DNA of 41,803 nucleotides from Octopus sinensis (taxonomy: Eukaryota): positions 1-41,803 of the forward strand of contig NW_021835107.1 of NCBI RefSeq assembly GCF_006345805.1. Direction: 5' to 3'. Both the position numbers and the translations under genes were made by a program. The first letter of the stretch is position 1. Every line of letters begins with the position of its first letter. Of the stretch, positions 11,251-23,098 are shown in pieces. Under the pieces are notes generated by a model that was not told where the DNA came from, made no database searches, and worked only from the letters and a program-made list of their open reading frames with translations.

Positions 11251-11251
<1 letters not shown>
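10743..11251 (-). mobile_element. 5'-truncated R4/Dong-type non-LTR retrotransposon (restriction-like endonuclease domain) in (AAT)n
   Basis: Translation ..VLWDMPIHTDREIKANRPDIVVRDHEEKKCFLIDVSIPADDNVSLKEMEKLSKYKDL..IPIIVGVLG/fs/..IQKIALLGTAHILRRTLSIQ* is a PD-(D/E)xK endonuclease of the R2/R4 type. Stop at 10840-10842, ~100-bp 3' UTR, (ATT)n on both sides. Confidence 0.85.
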
Positions 11252-11316
<65 letters not shown>

Positions 11317-11332
11317 TACGCCATACGTTAGT

Positions 11333-11462
11333 AGGCGTAATGGTTAAGAGCGCGGGCTACTAACCCCAAGATTCCTAGTTGGATTCCAAGCTGTGACCTG
11401 AATACTAATAATAATAACAATAATAAGAACATCGAAAAATACCTTAGGAATGAGAACCCAGG
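11333..11462 (+). mobile_element. tRNA-like head, (AAT)n and start of the body of element E
   Basis: GGCGTAATGGTTAAGAGCGCGGGCTACTAACCCCAAGATTCCTAGTTGGATTCC (A/B-box-like), then (AAT)n and CATCGAAAAATACCTTAGGAATGAGAACCCAGG. Confidence 0.6.
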
Positions 11463-12831
11463 TCTATCTGTCTGTCTTTGTGTTTGTCTCTGATTCTTGT
11501 TCACCCCAATCATTCACACACACATATACATGTATGTATGTATGTACGTTTTGGATATATGTGTATATGTATTATATATGTACCTATCGGAAATACACAT
11601 TCGTGGACGCACACGCACACACACACACACACACGCAGACACACACAACCTGACTGGCCTTGCGTCCCGAGACAGTCTTACACTTAATTCAGCCGCAAAT
11701 TGACCGACTTCAAGGAGGAATTCTCGGGTGGAATAAATTGAGTTCACCTTGCCGGGAAACGAACTTGTTTTGCAAGCACAGTTCGCCGAAATTCTACATC
11801 CGTTCAGTAGCTGCCAGAACTCCTCGCTAAATAGTACATTATTAAGAACCATTAAATATTACTAAACATGTATATTATTATAGTTTGTTATGATATCAAA
11901 AGGTTCTGTTTTGCTTCTTGTTGTAGTTTTTCTGCTTCGTTTTTCTCGCTTACATTTCTCTCATTAATGTCGATGATGTATCACCTTTATTTTATTAATG
12001 CTTTAAAATATTTTAATATTTGATCAAACAAAACCATATGTGATTTTTTAATGCATATATATGTGTATGTGTGTGTATATGTGTGTGTATCTTTGTGTGT
12101 TTGTATCTATAATATATATGCATATATATATATATTCACATACATAGGTATACATATATTATATATTATACAAGATATATGTATGTGTATATGTCTTTGT
12201 GCGTGTATATTTTAAATTTATACCGCTTTTGGTTTATCGTGAAAAATTGTATAAAGAACGAACATAATTTTTACGGTAAAATAAACGATTTATGTACAAT
12301 AGCAAGCGATTAAAAAAAAATTGTAGTGGAATTCAGTCAATTAATGATCATTTGTGACATTAATGTGTCTTCTAACTTTATTTAAATTGCTATTGATTTC
12401 GTATAGTATTTGAAATTTGTCTGTATTCTGTACGAATTTGCATTTTTCGTACTTTACAAAACAGAATTTGTAACATTTTAATTTCTATAATCACAGATCT
12501 AAAGCAAGATATATATTTTTTCTACATTTCCAATTGTATATTAACATTCTCATATACGAGGAGACATAACTTCTGGCTGTCTGACTGGTTGCCTGTCTGT
12601 CTATCTGTCTGTCTTTGTGTTTGTCTCTGCTTCTCATTCACCCCCAACCATTCACACACATACACCTATATATGAATGTATGTATGTTTTGGATATATGT
12701 GTATATGTATTATATATGTACCTATCATAAATACACATACATGTACTTCTCTCAATATATTTGTATATATCGTTATACATACAAATGTATGTTATATATA
12801 TACATATACATATATATATATTTATATATAT

Positions 12832-12906
<75 letters not shown>

Positions 12907-13222
12907 TTACATATACACATGTATAATGTATGTATGTGTTTAGAGTCAATATACTGTTTTATTTTATGGTGGCAGATACTGGAAAATTTGAGGTTTTATA
13001 ATTGTGTAAACATAAACAAACCAGCGCCAGACTAAATGTTTCACATTATTTAGAATTAAGCAGTAGTTTACTGCACCCGTTCATTGAATTAGTCTTAATG
13101 AGAAGCATCATAAACGTTTTATTTTGAGGGCGCTTTGCTGTCGATGCCTGACGTGCTAGAGATAGCAGTGAGTGTTACTAAAGAAAATAGGTTAGGTCGG
13201 CTCGGGTACGTAATGGCTGAAA

Positions 13223-13620
13223 ATGACAAGAGAGGGTCTTAGTATAAATGCCTTAGATCACAAGTGTACACAATCAGGGCTGACGCAGGGTCTGACACAA
13301 CTACTACCACTACAATCACCTTTACCAACTACAATAGCCACCACGACCACCACCATCATAAACAGCAGCAGCAGCAGCAGCAGCCGTTCAGGAATTTGGA
13401 TCTGGAGATCTCCATTTCCAGCGACATCGAGGGCCACCTCCCAGTGGTGTCGGGCGTCAACGAAGAGCCCTCGACTACAAGACGACCAAAGTTTTCTTTT
13501 TTTTTTCTAAGGTTTGGGGTCACCCGCCCCTAAGCCCTTGACCATCACCTAATCACCTTTACCCGTCTTGTTGCTTAACAACAACAACAACAACAACAAT
13601 GAACAGCAGCAACAGCAACA
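13223..13620 (+). other. Relatively GC-rich low-complexity segment (CAC/CAG/CAA repeats) with an open frame; possible exon
   Basis: Open frame 13264-13533 encodes poly-T, poly-H, poly-Q then PFRNLDLEISISSDIEGHLPVVSGVNEEPSTTRRPK. Splice sites are weak and I recognise no family. Confidence 0.2.
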
Positions 13621-13687
13621 GCAACATATTCTGTCTAACAAAACAAACTGTAAAAGATAATTTACAAGTTATTTCTCTCCATAAATA

Positions 13688-14030
13688 GGCGCAGACGTGG
13701 CTGTGTGGTAAGAAGCTTGCTTCCTAACCACATGGTTCCGGGTTCAGTCCCATTTGGGGGCAAGTGTCTTCAACTATATTCTATACAGATTTCTATATTT
13801 TACACAAACGAATACTGTGTAAGGTGGCGAGCTGACAGAATCATTAGCGCAGCAGACAAAATGTTTAGCAGCATTTCGTCAGTCTTAATGTCCTGAGTTC
13901 AAATTCCACCGACATCGACTTTGCCTTTCATCCTTTCGGAATCGATAAAATAAGTACCAGTTTAACACTGGAGTCGATGTAAGTGACTTACCTCCTCCCC
14001 AGCAATTTCAGGCCATGTGACTATAGTAGA
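13688..14030 (+). mobile_element. SINE B head (13688-13775) followed by a diverged SINE A (13821-14030)
   Basis: Matches to the family B head and the family A head and core. Confidence 0.8.
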
Positions 14031-14236
14031 AATTATTATCATTATTATTATTATTACTATTATTATTATTTTTTTTTTTTTCCTCTTCTTTCAAATTTGC
14101 TTCCATTTCTTGCCGAGTGTCTTCCCGACTCCTAGGGCAAAGAAACTCATAGTATACATTGGTAGGCCATTAAACTAAACTCAATAGTTCGTTCATTTTT
14201 TTTTTAAAGTTAAATTAAAATACATGGGTAGTAATA

Positions 14237-14237
<1 letters not shown>

Positions 14238-14280
<43 letters not shown>

Positions 14281-14327
14281 TATTATTATTAATATTATTA
14301 TTATTATTATATTATTATTATTATTAA

Positions 14328-14365
<38 letters not shown>

Positions 14366-14392
14366 TATTATTATTATTATATTATTATTATA

Positions 14393-14440
<48 letters not shown>
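14238..14440. repeat. (ATT)n microsatellite
   Basis: Read directly from the sequence. Confidence 0.95.
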
Positions 14441-14993
14441 GAGTGAGAGAGCAATGCATGCCCTCAAAGTGACACTGGGGTAAAATGTACCAACCCAGTA
14501 TACCGATTATGACTACCCGTCTCATAAGGGTACACTAGGCACATGCATCACAACCATATGTGCGCGACATGGTGATCTCATATCAAGATAAACAGCACAT
14601 GACCTTGCAGGTGGGGCCCAGTTAGAATTTTCTTCTGGTTGAGTAACCCATCCCGTTCAAAAGGTCCCTGAATACGGGTTGTTTAAGGATGTTGAACGAA
14701 ACACCCATGTTTCCAGAGGTGAATTATCCAAACCTCAAAGAAATCTTCTCAACACATGAATATGATGCTCTCCCACTACTTCTGCTCGTGATCAGAGATG
14801 CTCATATTGTCAGCCACTAAGGGACATGGTCAACTGGTTATGGTCAAACAACTGACAAGGAAATCTGTGGTATTGAGCAGAATATTTGCTGTAGCCCATC
14901 TTTTATGCCAAGACAGAACAATGTACATGATAACACTTCTAATCAGTTGAGATGAGAAGCCACGAGAGCCACTATCTGGTACTGCATCAGGGC

Positions 14994-14997
<4 letters not shown>
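14441..14997 (-). mobile_element. Full-length ~555-bp (AAT)n-associated element
   Basis: Diverged reverse complement of 8586-9136 with the same termini; (ATT)n on both sides. Confidence 0.85.
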
Positions 14998-15614
<617 letters not shown>

Positions 15615-15615
15615 T

Positions 15616-15830
15616 GAGGCGGAGAGGTGAAAGAATCTGTAGCGCGCCGGAAGAAATGCTTACCAGCAATTCGGTCCCTCTTAATGTTCTGATTTCAAAT
15701 CCCACCGAGGCCAGCTTTGTCCTTCATCCTTTCAGGGTCAATAAGATAAGTACCAGTTGGACACTGGCTTCGATGTTATTGCCTTACTTCCTCCTCCGAA
15801 CTTGCTGGCTTTGTCTCAAAATCCGAAACC
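15616..15830 (+). mobile_element. Diverged SINE A-type copy
   Basis: Degenerate head and CTTTGTCCTTCATCCTTTCAGGGTCAATAAGATAAGTACCAG core. Confidence 0.7.
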
Positions 15831-16792
15831 AATATGGAAACCGTGTTTTGTATTTGTCACTACATCATCTGCATAACATTGTAATACGTGAAATATTTCA
15901 CAATATTATAAACATGACACTATAATGTGTTTTATTTTTTGCTACATTATAACCGCAGCACTTTGATGTGTTATAACTTTCATTTAATTCTCAACGCGAT
16001 AGCTTAGTGTGTGATATCTTTCATTAGATTTTGAATACGATGCTACCTTATCAACTCATATCACAGCTGCTAGGCGAACATTGCGGTCTTTATGTAGACT
16101 CTTGTCTTGCTTAAAATGCTAAGAAAATTTACCTCAAACTCTACGCTATCGTGTAAAAAAGCAGGATGGACGACTTGCTTTTAATCATCATAGATTCCTC
16201 AATCAAACATGGCCTAGATCTGTAAAACAAATACTTACTGTTAGAATGCAGACATTGAATTATTGTCAGTTTGTCGGGGTATGTATTCATGTAGAACTCA
16301 AACGCATTCATCCAAGAATGTGGGAATACACGTACATACAAGGCAATTCAATATTATTCACGCACACACGTGTGATGGGATTCATCTTTATACAGACGTC
16401 TGTACACGTATAATAAGCATTTATTCCAACCTGCCAGTTGGCATACGTTGCTACGCTTCGTACAGCCGTATACACGCGTACAAAGACAGACTCATCCATG
16501 CATGCTAACCCTTATGTACTTATGTATTTGTGTGGTACGTGCGTAGGTGTGCGTTTGTGTCTCGTTGGTAGATAGGGATCAAGAAACGAAGTACCCGTTA
16601 CTAACAAAGAGTGCAATTGTTTATTTAGACAGGTCTAGTGATCTATTACTCTGGAGTATCCACAGAAATAGAACAGAAATTGGTAACGCCATCTTAATAG
16701 TATTTGTAGAAATAAGAAGATTATCAACGGCGAGCAACGTAAACAATATCAGCAAAATATGTTTGCTATCGTTGTTAATCACTGAGAGATAG

Positions 16793-17389
16793 CGGGTAGC
16801 TGGCAGAATCGTTAGCACGCCGGGCGAAATGCATAGCGGTATTTCGTCTGCCGTTACGTTCTGAGTTCAAATTCCGCCGAGGTCGACTTTGCTTTCATCT
16901 TTTCGGGCTCGATAAATTATGTACCAGTTACGCACTGGGGTCGATATAATCGACTTGATCCCTTTTTCTGTCCTTGTGTGTCCTCTCTGTGTTTAGCCCT
17001 TTGTGAGTAGTAAAGAAATAGGTATTTCGTCTGCCGTTACGTTCTGAGTTCAAATTCCGCCGAAGTCGACTTTGCCTATCATCCTTTCTGGGTCGATAAA
17101 TTAAGTACCAGTTACGCACTGGGGTCGATGTAATCGGCTTAATCCGTTTGTCTGTCCCTGTTTGTCCTCTCTGTGTTTAGCCCCTTGTGGGTAGTAAAGA
17201 AATAGGTATTTCGTCTGCCACTACGTTCTAAGTTCAAATTCCGCCGAGGTCGACTTTGCCTTTCATCCTTTCGGGATCAATAAATTAAGTACCAGTTACG
17301 CACTGGGGTCGATGCAATCGACTTAATCCGTTTATCTGTCCTTGTTTGTCGTCTCTGTGTTTAGCCCCTTGTGGGTATTAAAGAAATAG
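16793..17389 (+). mobile_element. SINE family A, trimer
   Basis: One head and three ~183-bp units restarting at GGTATTTCGTCTGCC (~16838, ~17021, ~17205). Confidence 0.9.
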
Positions 17390-17891
17390 GATATGAACGA
17401 GTTTCCGAAAAGGGCTTTGGATGAGTTGTGTTACAAGCAAAAGTACCTCTTCCCTCGAAAACGGAAAGCAACATGCCTGCATTTTGCAAACATGAGATAT
17501 GTCACTCTTGTTAGTATACAGAAACTATCCTTATTGTGTGCCGCAAAAATAAAAGTTAAAAATAGCCCTGATCGATGTGTGGCAGAATGTGAACTCCCTC
17601 GAATGAATGATTGTACCTGTAAGTATATGCCAGGGCTGCAGGACTGTGAAGAAGTCGAAAATTCAGTCGAATTTTAAGTTTTACATGCTATGCCACAGCT
17701 TACCTCTCCAGTTCGAAAGTACAAGAAAAGTGAGGCTCATTACTTTGGAACTGATACACACCCTTGGCATTTTGTGATTTTAGCTACATAGCGTAGGTTA
17801 AAATTCAGCGCAGAAGTGATTCACAGCAAAAATTTGTATGGCCGGAGTTAACATACTCTTCCAAGTACTAATGAGCCTAAGGATCATATTG

Positions 17892-18255
17892 GGATCTTTT
17901 CGGTTTGACCGGCAACTTTTAAAAATAATTTCCACGTAACTAAACACTTTTAAACTTCGTATACTGGTAGAATGTGTTTATAAAACATCTTTTTCTTTTG
18001 GCTTTATTGAGAAAATTCTATAGTTTGTAAGATATTTGTTGTTGTTTTTTTTCTTCATCTTCTGCAATTTCAATCAATCAATGATGTCTATTGAGGTGAA
18101 AACATTCTGTGCCATATGAATATGTCCCTCGTTTAAGAAACAGATTGGGTTTATTTACATTTGTGAAGAAAAAAAGATACACTTCCCCCCACCCCTAACC
18201 CCGACCCTAACTAACACTAACCCTAAAACAGATTGAAATGCAATAGATCGATACG
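17892..18255 (+). mobile_element. Truncated copy of the TIR element at 35897-36322
   Basis: Begins GGATCTTTTCGGTTTGACCGGCA and is collinear with 35897ff including the CCCTAA-rich segment; right TIR absent. Confidence 0.85.
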
Positions 18256-18271
18256 TAGGGCAGAAGGTCTA

Positions 18272-18512
18272 GGGTGAAGGCGGCGAGCTGGCGGACACGT
18301 TAGCGCACCGGGTGGAATGCTTAGCAGTATTTCGTCTGTTGTTACGTACTGAGTTCAAATTCCGCCGAGGTCGACTTTGCCTTTCATCCTTTCGTGGTCG
18401 ATAAATTAAGTACCAGTTACGCACTGGGGTCGATATAATCGACTTAATACCTATGTCTGTCCTTGTTTGTCCCCTCTGTGTTTAGCCCCTTGTGGGTAAT
18501 AAAGAAATAGGT
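18272..18512 (+). mobile_element. SINE family A monomer with a 10-bp target-site duplication
   Basis: AGAAGGTCTA at 18262-18271 and 18513-18522. Confidence 0.9.
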
Positions 18513-18788
18513 AGAAGGTCTATTTGCTACATGTGTTAAAGCAGGAACCACCTGAGAGATTGCTTCTATGAAGGAGAATAAAAATACAAGACAGAAGGAG
18601 GAAGATGGCACTAAACACCAATAAAGGCACCCGCAATAACCAAAAAAAAAAAGATCTTAAAATGCAAACAGCAAAGAGAAAAAGAGTATGTGCTGTTCTT
18701 GCCACTGTTTTCATTATAAGATTGGTCGCTGCTCCGTTGGCTGACTGGAGGAAAAGTAGAAAGAGTCGCCTTATAATCATCACTGTGA

Positions 18789-19101
18789 GGGCGCGTGGCT
18801 TAGTGGTTAGGGCATTCGGCTCATGATCGTAAGGTTGTGAGTTCGATTCCCGGCGACGCGTTGTGTCCTTGAGCAAGACACTTTATTTCACGTTGCTCCA
18901 GTCCACTCAGCTGGCAAAAATGAGTTGTACTTGTATTTCAAAGGGTCAGCCTTGTCACTCTCTGTGTCACGCTGATTATCCCCGAGAACTACGTTAAGGG
19001 TACACGTGTCTGTGGAATGCTCAGCCATTTGCACGTTAATTTCACGAGCAAGCTGTTCTTTGATCGTATCAGCTGGGACCCTCGTCGTCGTAACCGGCGG
19101 A
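18789..19101 (+). mobile_element. SINE family D (tRNA-like head plus GTGTCCTTGAGCAAGACAC core)
   Basis: GGGCGCGTGGCTTAGTGGTTAGGGCATTCGGCTCATGATCGTAAGGTTGTGAGTTCGATTCCC head. Body shared with 20226-20400, 23935-24190 and 37340-37495. Confidence 0.8.
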
Positions 19102-19176
19102 GTCTTTTTTTTAATAATCATCACTATCAACATTAGTGTCTACGTAGCGTATCTCTGTATGCGCGTGTGTATTTGT

Positions 19177-19216
<40 letters not shown>

Positions 19217-19392
19217 GTGTGTGCGGGTGTGTGCGTGTGTATGAATGTATGCATGTACGTATGTATGTACGTGTAAATAAAGGAAGGAAGGAAGGAAGAT
19301 AATAGATAGATAGATAGATAGATAGAGCTGTATATACCGCATATGTATTCACACGCAGACGCACGTACACACACACACAAACGCATATATAT

Positions 19393-19543
<151 letters not shown>

Positions 19544-19677
19544 ATACATACATACATTCATAGACGAGTAAATGTGAGCTTGTGGGTTTTAAAATTCGTG
19601 TGGTCAAGGTTAAACTGATATTGTGTTTAAGTACACTATTGAAACATGCAGGACACGGGGCTGCTGCTAGACAGAAC

Positions 19678-19709
19678 AGTGTAGTAGTAGTTGTAGTAGT
19701 AGTAGTAGT

Positions 19710-19741
<32 letters not shown>

Positions 19742-19825
19742 TGTAGTAGTAGTAGTAGTAGTAGTATAGTAGTAGTAGTAGTTGTAGTAGTTGTAGTAGT
19801 TGTAGTAGTAGTAGCTTAGTAGTAA

Positions 19826-19876
<51 letters not shown>

Positions 19877-19902
19877 TAGTAGTAGTAGTGGTAGTAGTAG
19901 TG

Positions 19903-19937
<35 letters not shown>

Positions 19938-20170
19938 GGTGGTGGTGGTGGTGGTGGTGGTGGTGGTGGTGGTGGTGGTGGTGGTTGTGGTGGTGGTGGT
20001 TGTAGTGGTGGTGGTCCTCGTCGTCGTGGTTGTCGTGGTGGTCGTGGTGGTTGTGGAGGTGGTGGTGGTGCTTGTGGTGGTGCTTGTGGTGGAGGTGGTG
20101 GTTGTGGTGATGGTGGTAGTGGTGGGGTGCTGCTGGTAGTGGTGCTGGTGTTGGTGGTGGTAGGAGTGGC
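19678..20170. repeat. Compound trinucleotide tract (GTA)n-(GCA)n-(GTA)n-(GTG)n
   Basis: Read directly from the sequence. Confidence 0.95.
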
Positions 20171-20225
20171 GGGTTTAAGAAAACGCATTAGTTTTTGGTT
20201 GTGACTTGTATTAACAATAATGTGG

Positions 20226-20400
20226 ATGCGCGTGGCTTAGTGGTTAGGGACGTTGGACTGGTGATCGTTAGATTATGGTTTCGAATTCTAGACCGGGTGA
20301 TGCATTGTGTTCTTGAGCAAAACACTTCATTTCACGCTTCCTCCAGTCCACTCAGCTGGCAAAAAAATTGAGTAATGCTGCGACAGACTAGCGTCCCATA
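20226..20400 (+). mobile_element. SINE family D, partial
   Basis: Head and core match 18789ff. Confidence 0.75.
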
Positions 20401-20469
20401 CAGGTACTCTTTTACTCTTTACACTTTTATTTGTTTCGAATCGACCCCAGGGCATATTCTTTGTATGCC

Positions 20470-20620
20470 TAGTGTCTATCGGTGTATTTTGCCGAACCGC
20501 TAAGTTACGGGGATGTCAGCACACCAGCATCGATTGTCAAGCGATGTTGGGGGGACAAACACAGACACACAAACATATACACACATATACATACATACAT
20601 ACATATATATATAAATATAT

Positions 20621-20677
<57 letters not shown>

Positions 20678-20845
20678 GAGTGTATTTTTACCTTGTTAAC
20701 AATTAACACGGAAAAATAAATTAATAAATATAACAATCTATATTACTCTGAGAAATCACACACACCACACACACATACACACACACACACTTGTTAACTC
20801 CATTTTTCATTCACACACACACAATATATATATATATATATCTAT

Positions 20846-20878
<33 letters not shown>

Positions 20879-20975
20879 CGACGGGCTTCTTTCAGTTTCC
20901 GTCTCCCAAATCCACTCACAAGGCTTTGGTCGACCCGAGGCTATAGTAGAAGACACTTGCCCAAGGTGTCACGCA
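20470..20975. mobile_element. Two partial SINE B pieces in opposite orientation (20470-20580 +; 20881-20975 -)
   Basis: Match family B internal segments. Confidence 0.7.
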
Positions 20976-21302
20976 GCCACAGTCTAATGACTGAAACAAG
21001 TAAAAGATTATAAGAATCGTTTTGTGATGAAAGAAAATATACCTTGTTTATCTTGCTTATATAAAATCTTTGTTGTTAATATTGTTGTTGTTGTTATTGG
21101 TGTTGGTATTGTTTTAGGTGTAGTGGTAATGTTTTTCTTTTGTGTGGGTGCTTTTAGTGTTATTCTTATTCTTCGCCCAACCGTGGGGGTTCGACATTAA
21201 TGAAGTGACATTCCGACTGGAGTACCCTGCCGTGACACATCAGTATTATCAATTTATAACAATCTATATTACTGCTGAGAAATCACACACACACACACAC
21301 AC

Positions 21303-21343
<41 letters not shown>

Positions 21344-21732
21344 ACACACATACACACACACATATACATACACACATACACACACATACACACACATACA
21401 CACACATACACACATACACACACATACACACACATACACACACACATACACACACACATATACACACATACACACATACACTCATACACACACACACATC
21501 ATCTTATCACGTACATAAACACACATTTTCTCTTTCTTCTCCGTCTCTCTCACCCTCTGTTCCCTCTCTCTAATTCTGTCTATTTGTTCCTTTCTCTTCA
21601 TCTCTCCTCCTTTCTCTCTCTCCCTCTCACTCTCCCAAAAGTGAGCCTCGTTAGAATGTTTTATACAAAAGACGTAAAAAAAAAAAACAAGAGATTAGGG
21701 AGACGTTATTATTAATGGTAATTAGTCCCAGG

Positions 21733-21966
21733 GAAGGCGGCGAGCTGGCAGAATCGTTAGCACGCCGGGCGAAATGCGTAGCCCTATTTCGTCTGCCGTT
21801 ACGTTCTGAGTTCAAATTCCGCCGAGGTCGACTTTGCCTTTCATCCTTTCGGGGTCGATAAATTAAGTACCAGTTACGCACTGGGGTAGATGTAATCGAC
21901 TTAATCCCTTTGTCTGTCCTTGTTTGTCCCGTCTGTGTATAGCCCCTTGTGGGTAGAAAAGAAATA
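21733..21966 (+). mobile_element. SINE family A monomer with a 16-bp target-site duplication
   Basis: GGTAATTA(G/A)TCCCAGG at 21717-21732 and 21967-21982. Confidence 0.9.
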
Positions 21967-22528
21967 GGTAATTAATCCCAGGTCAGTTTTTAACGTACAA
22001 GCCTAGGTCCACATGTAATCTACACATGGTTAATCAGCCTGTATTATTCCCCAGTCCGTCCTTCCTTTTTCTGACGGTAGAGAATAATTTGAGAGAAGAA
22101 TGACTGCAATTTCTAATGGCCACATGCAGACTCTCTTGTGGCAAACAGCCTAAAAAGCTTAAGTACAATAGTCAATATAAACTCAGTCAACCCCAAAACT
22201 TGAATACATCCCTCGACTATCGTGGGTATTACGTTCCAAAGACCCCCGTGGTGGGTGATTATCCGCGAAGTAGAAACATCACTGTACAGTATATTTTTTA
22301 ATATTTTTTTAATAATTTATATATGTCTGTTTTATTATAAATGCAAAGCAACAACGCGGAGGAATCGATGTAATCTTAAATGATAAACCGCGATTGGTGA
22401 ACCGCGCGATATGGCGAGGGATTACTGCACTTAGTTTTAAAACGTGAAGTTGATGCAAACTTTTGGGGTCAGTATATGACAGCGTCCTTGTGAAGCCAAG
22501 CCTAAAGCTTCAAACATATGGAATTGTA

Positions 22529-23098
22529 TTGGGTTGTCCGGAAAGTTCGTGCCGATTTATAGTAGCTTACTTACATTTCGACTTATTTTAGAACATGGTG
22601 GAGTCCATAAAATAGGATTTCACTACACCTCCATTTAGAGCACAGTTTAAGCTATCTTTTCGTGGAAGAAGGTTTATGTTCCAATAACCTGTGTTAATTC
22701 TGTAACCCTTTAAAGTAAAAGATGAGAAAGTTCATTTTCGGCACTTGATGCTTTGGGAACCAGACAAAAATTGCTGTAGCTCGGCTGGGATGTGTTACCC
22801 CACCCTCAATATTCACCAGATTTTGCTCCTTCGGACTTCCACTTATTCAGGTCTCTGCAGAATAGTCTTACTGGTAAAAATTTTAATTCCTTGGATGACG
22901 TAAAAAGATACCTTGATGTATTCTTTGCCATGAAACCACCTCAATTCTGGAAAGAGGGTATTTTCAAGTTAAAGGAAAGATGGAGACGCATTGTGCAACA
23001 AAATGGTTCATATTTGATTAATTAAAAATGTAATGGCAAGTATTTATTGACCTTTTTCTTTCCTCTAAAAATCGGCACGAACTTTCCGGGCAACCCAA
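22529..23098 (+). mobile_element. Internally deleted mariner, 570 bp, TA-flanked
   Basis: 30-bp TIRs TTGGGTTGTCCGGAAAGTTCGTGCCGATTT / AAATCGGCACGAACTTTCCGGGCAACCCAA (one mismatch), TA at 22527-22528 and 23099-23100. C-terminal transposase LPHPQYSPDFAPSDFHLFRSLQN..KLKERWRRIVQQNGSY (mariner YSPDLAPSD motif). Confidence 0.95.

Noticed and set aside
17393-17677. 94-aa Cys-containing ORF, and a ~97-codon open frame at 16123-16413
   Set aside because: A few ORFs of this length are expected by chance in this much AT-rich sequence; no recognisable homology, and splice signals occur on both strands.
18190-18228. CCCTAA repeats suggesting a telomere or fusion site (also ~36190-36220)
   Set aside because: Only a few degenerate units, and internal to a transposon present twice.
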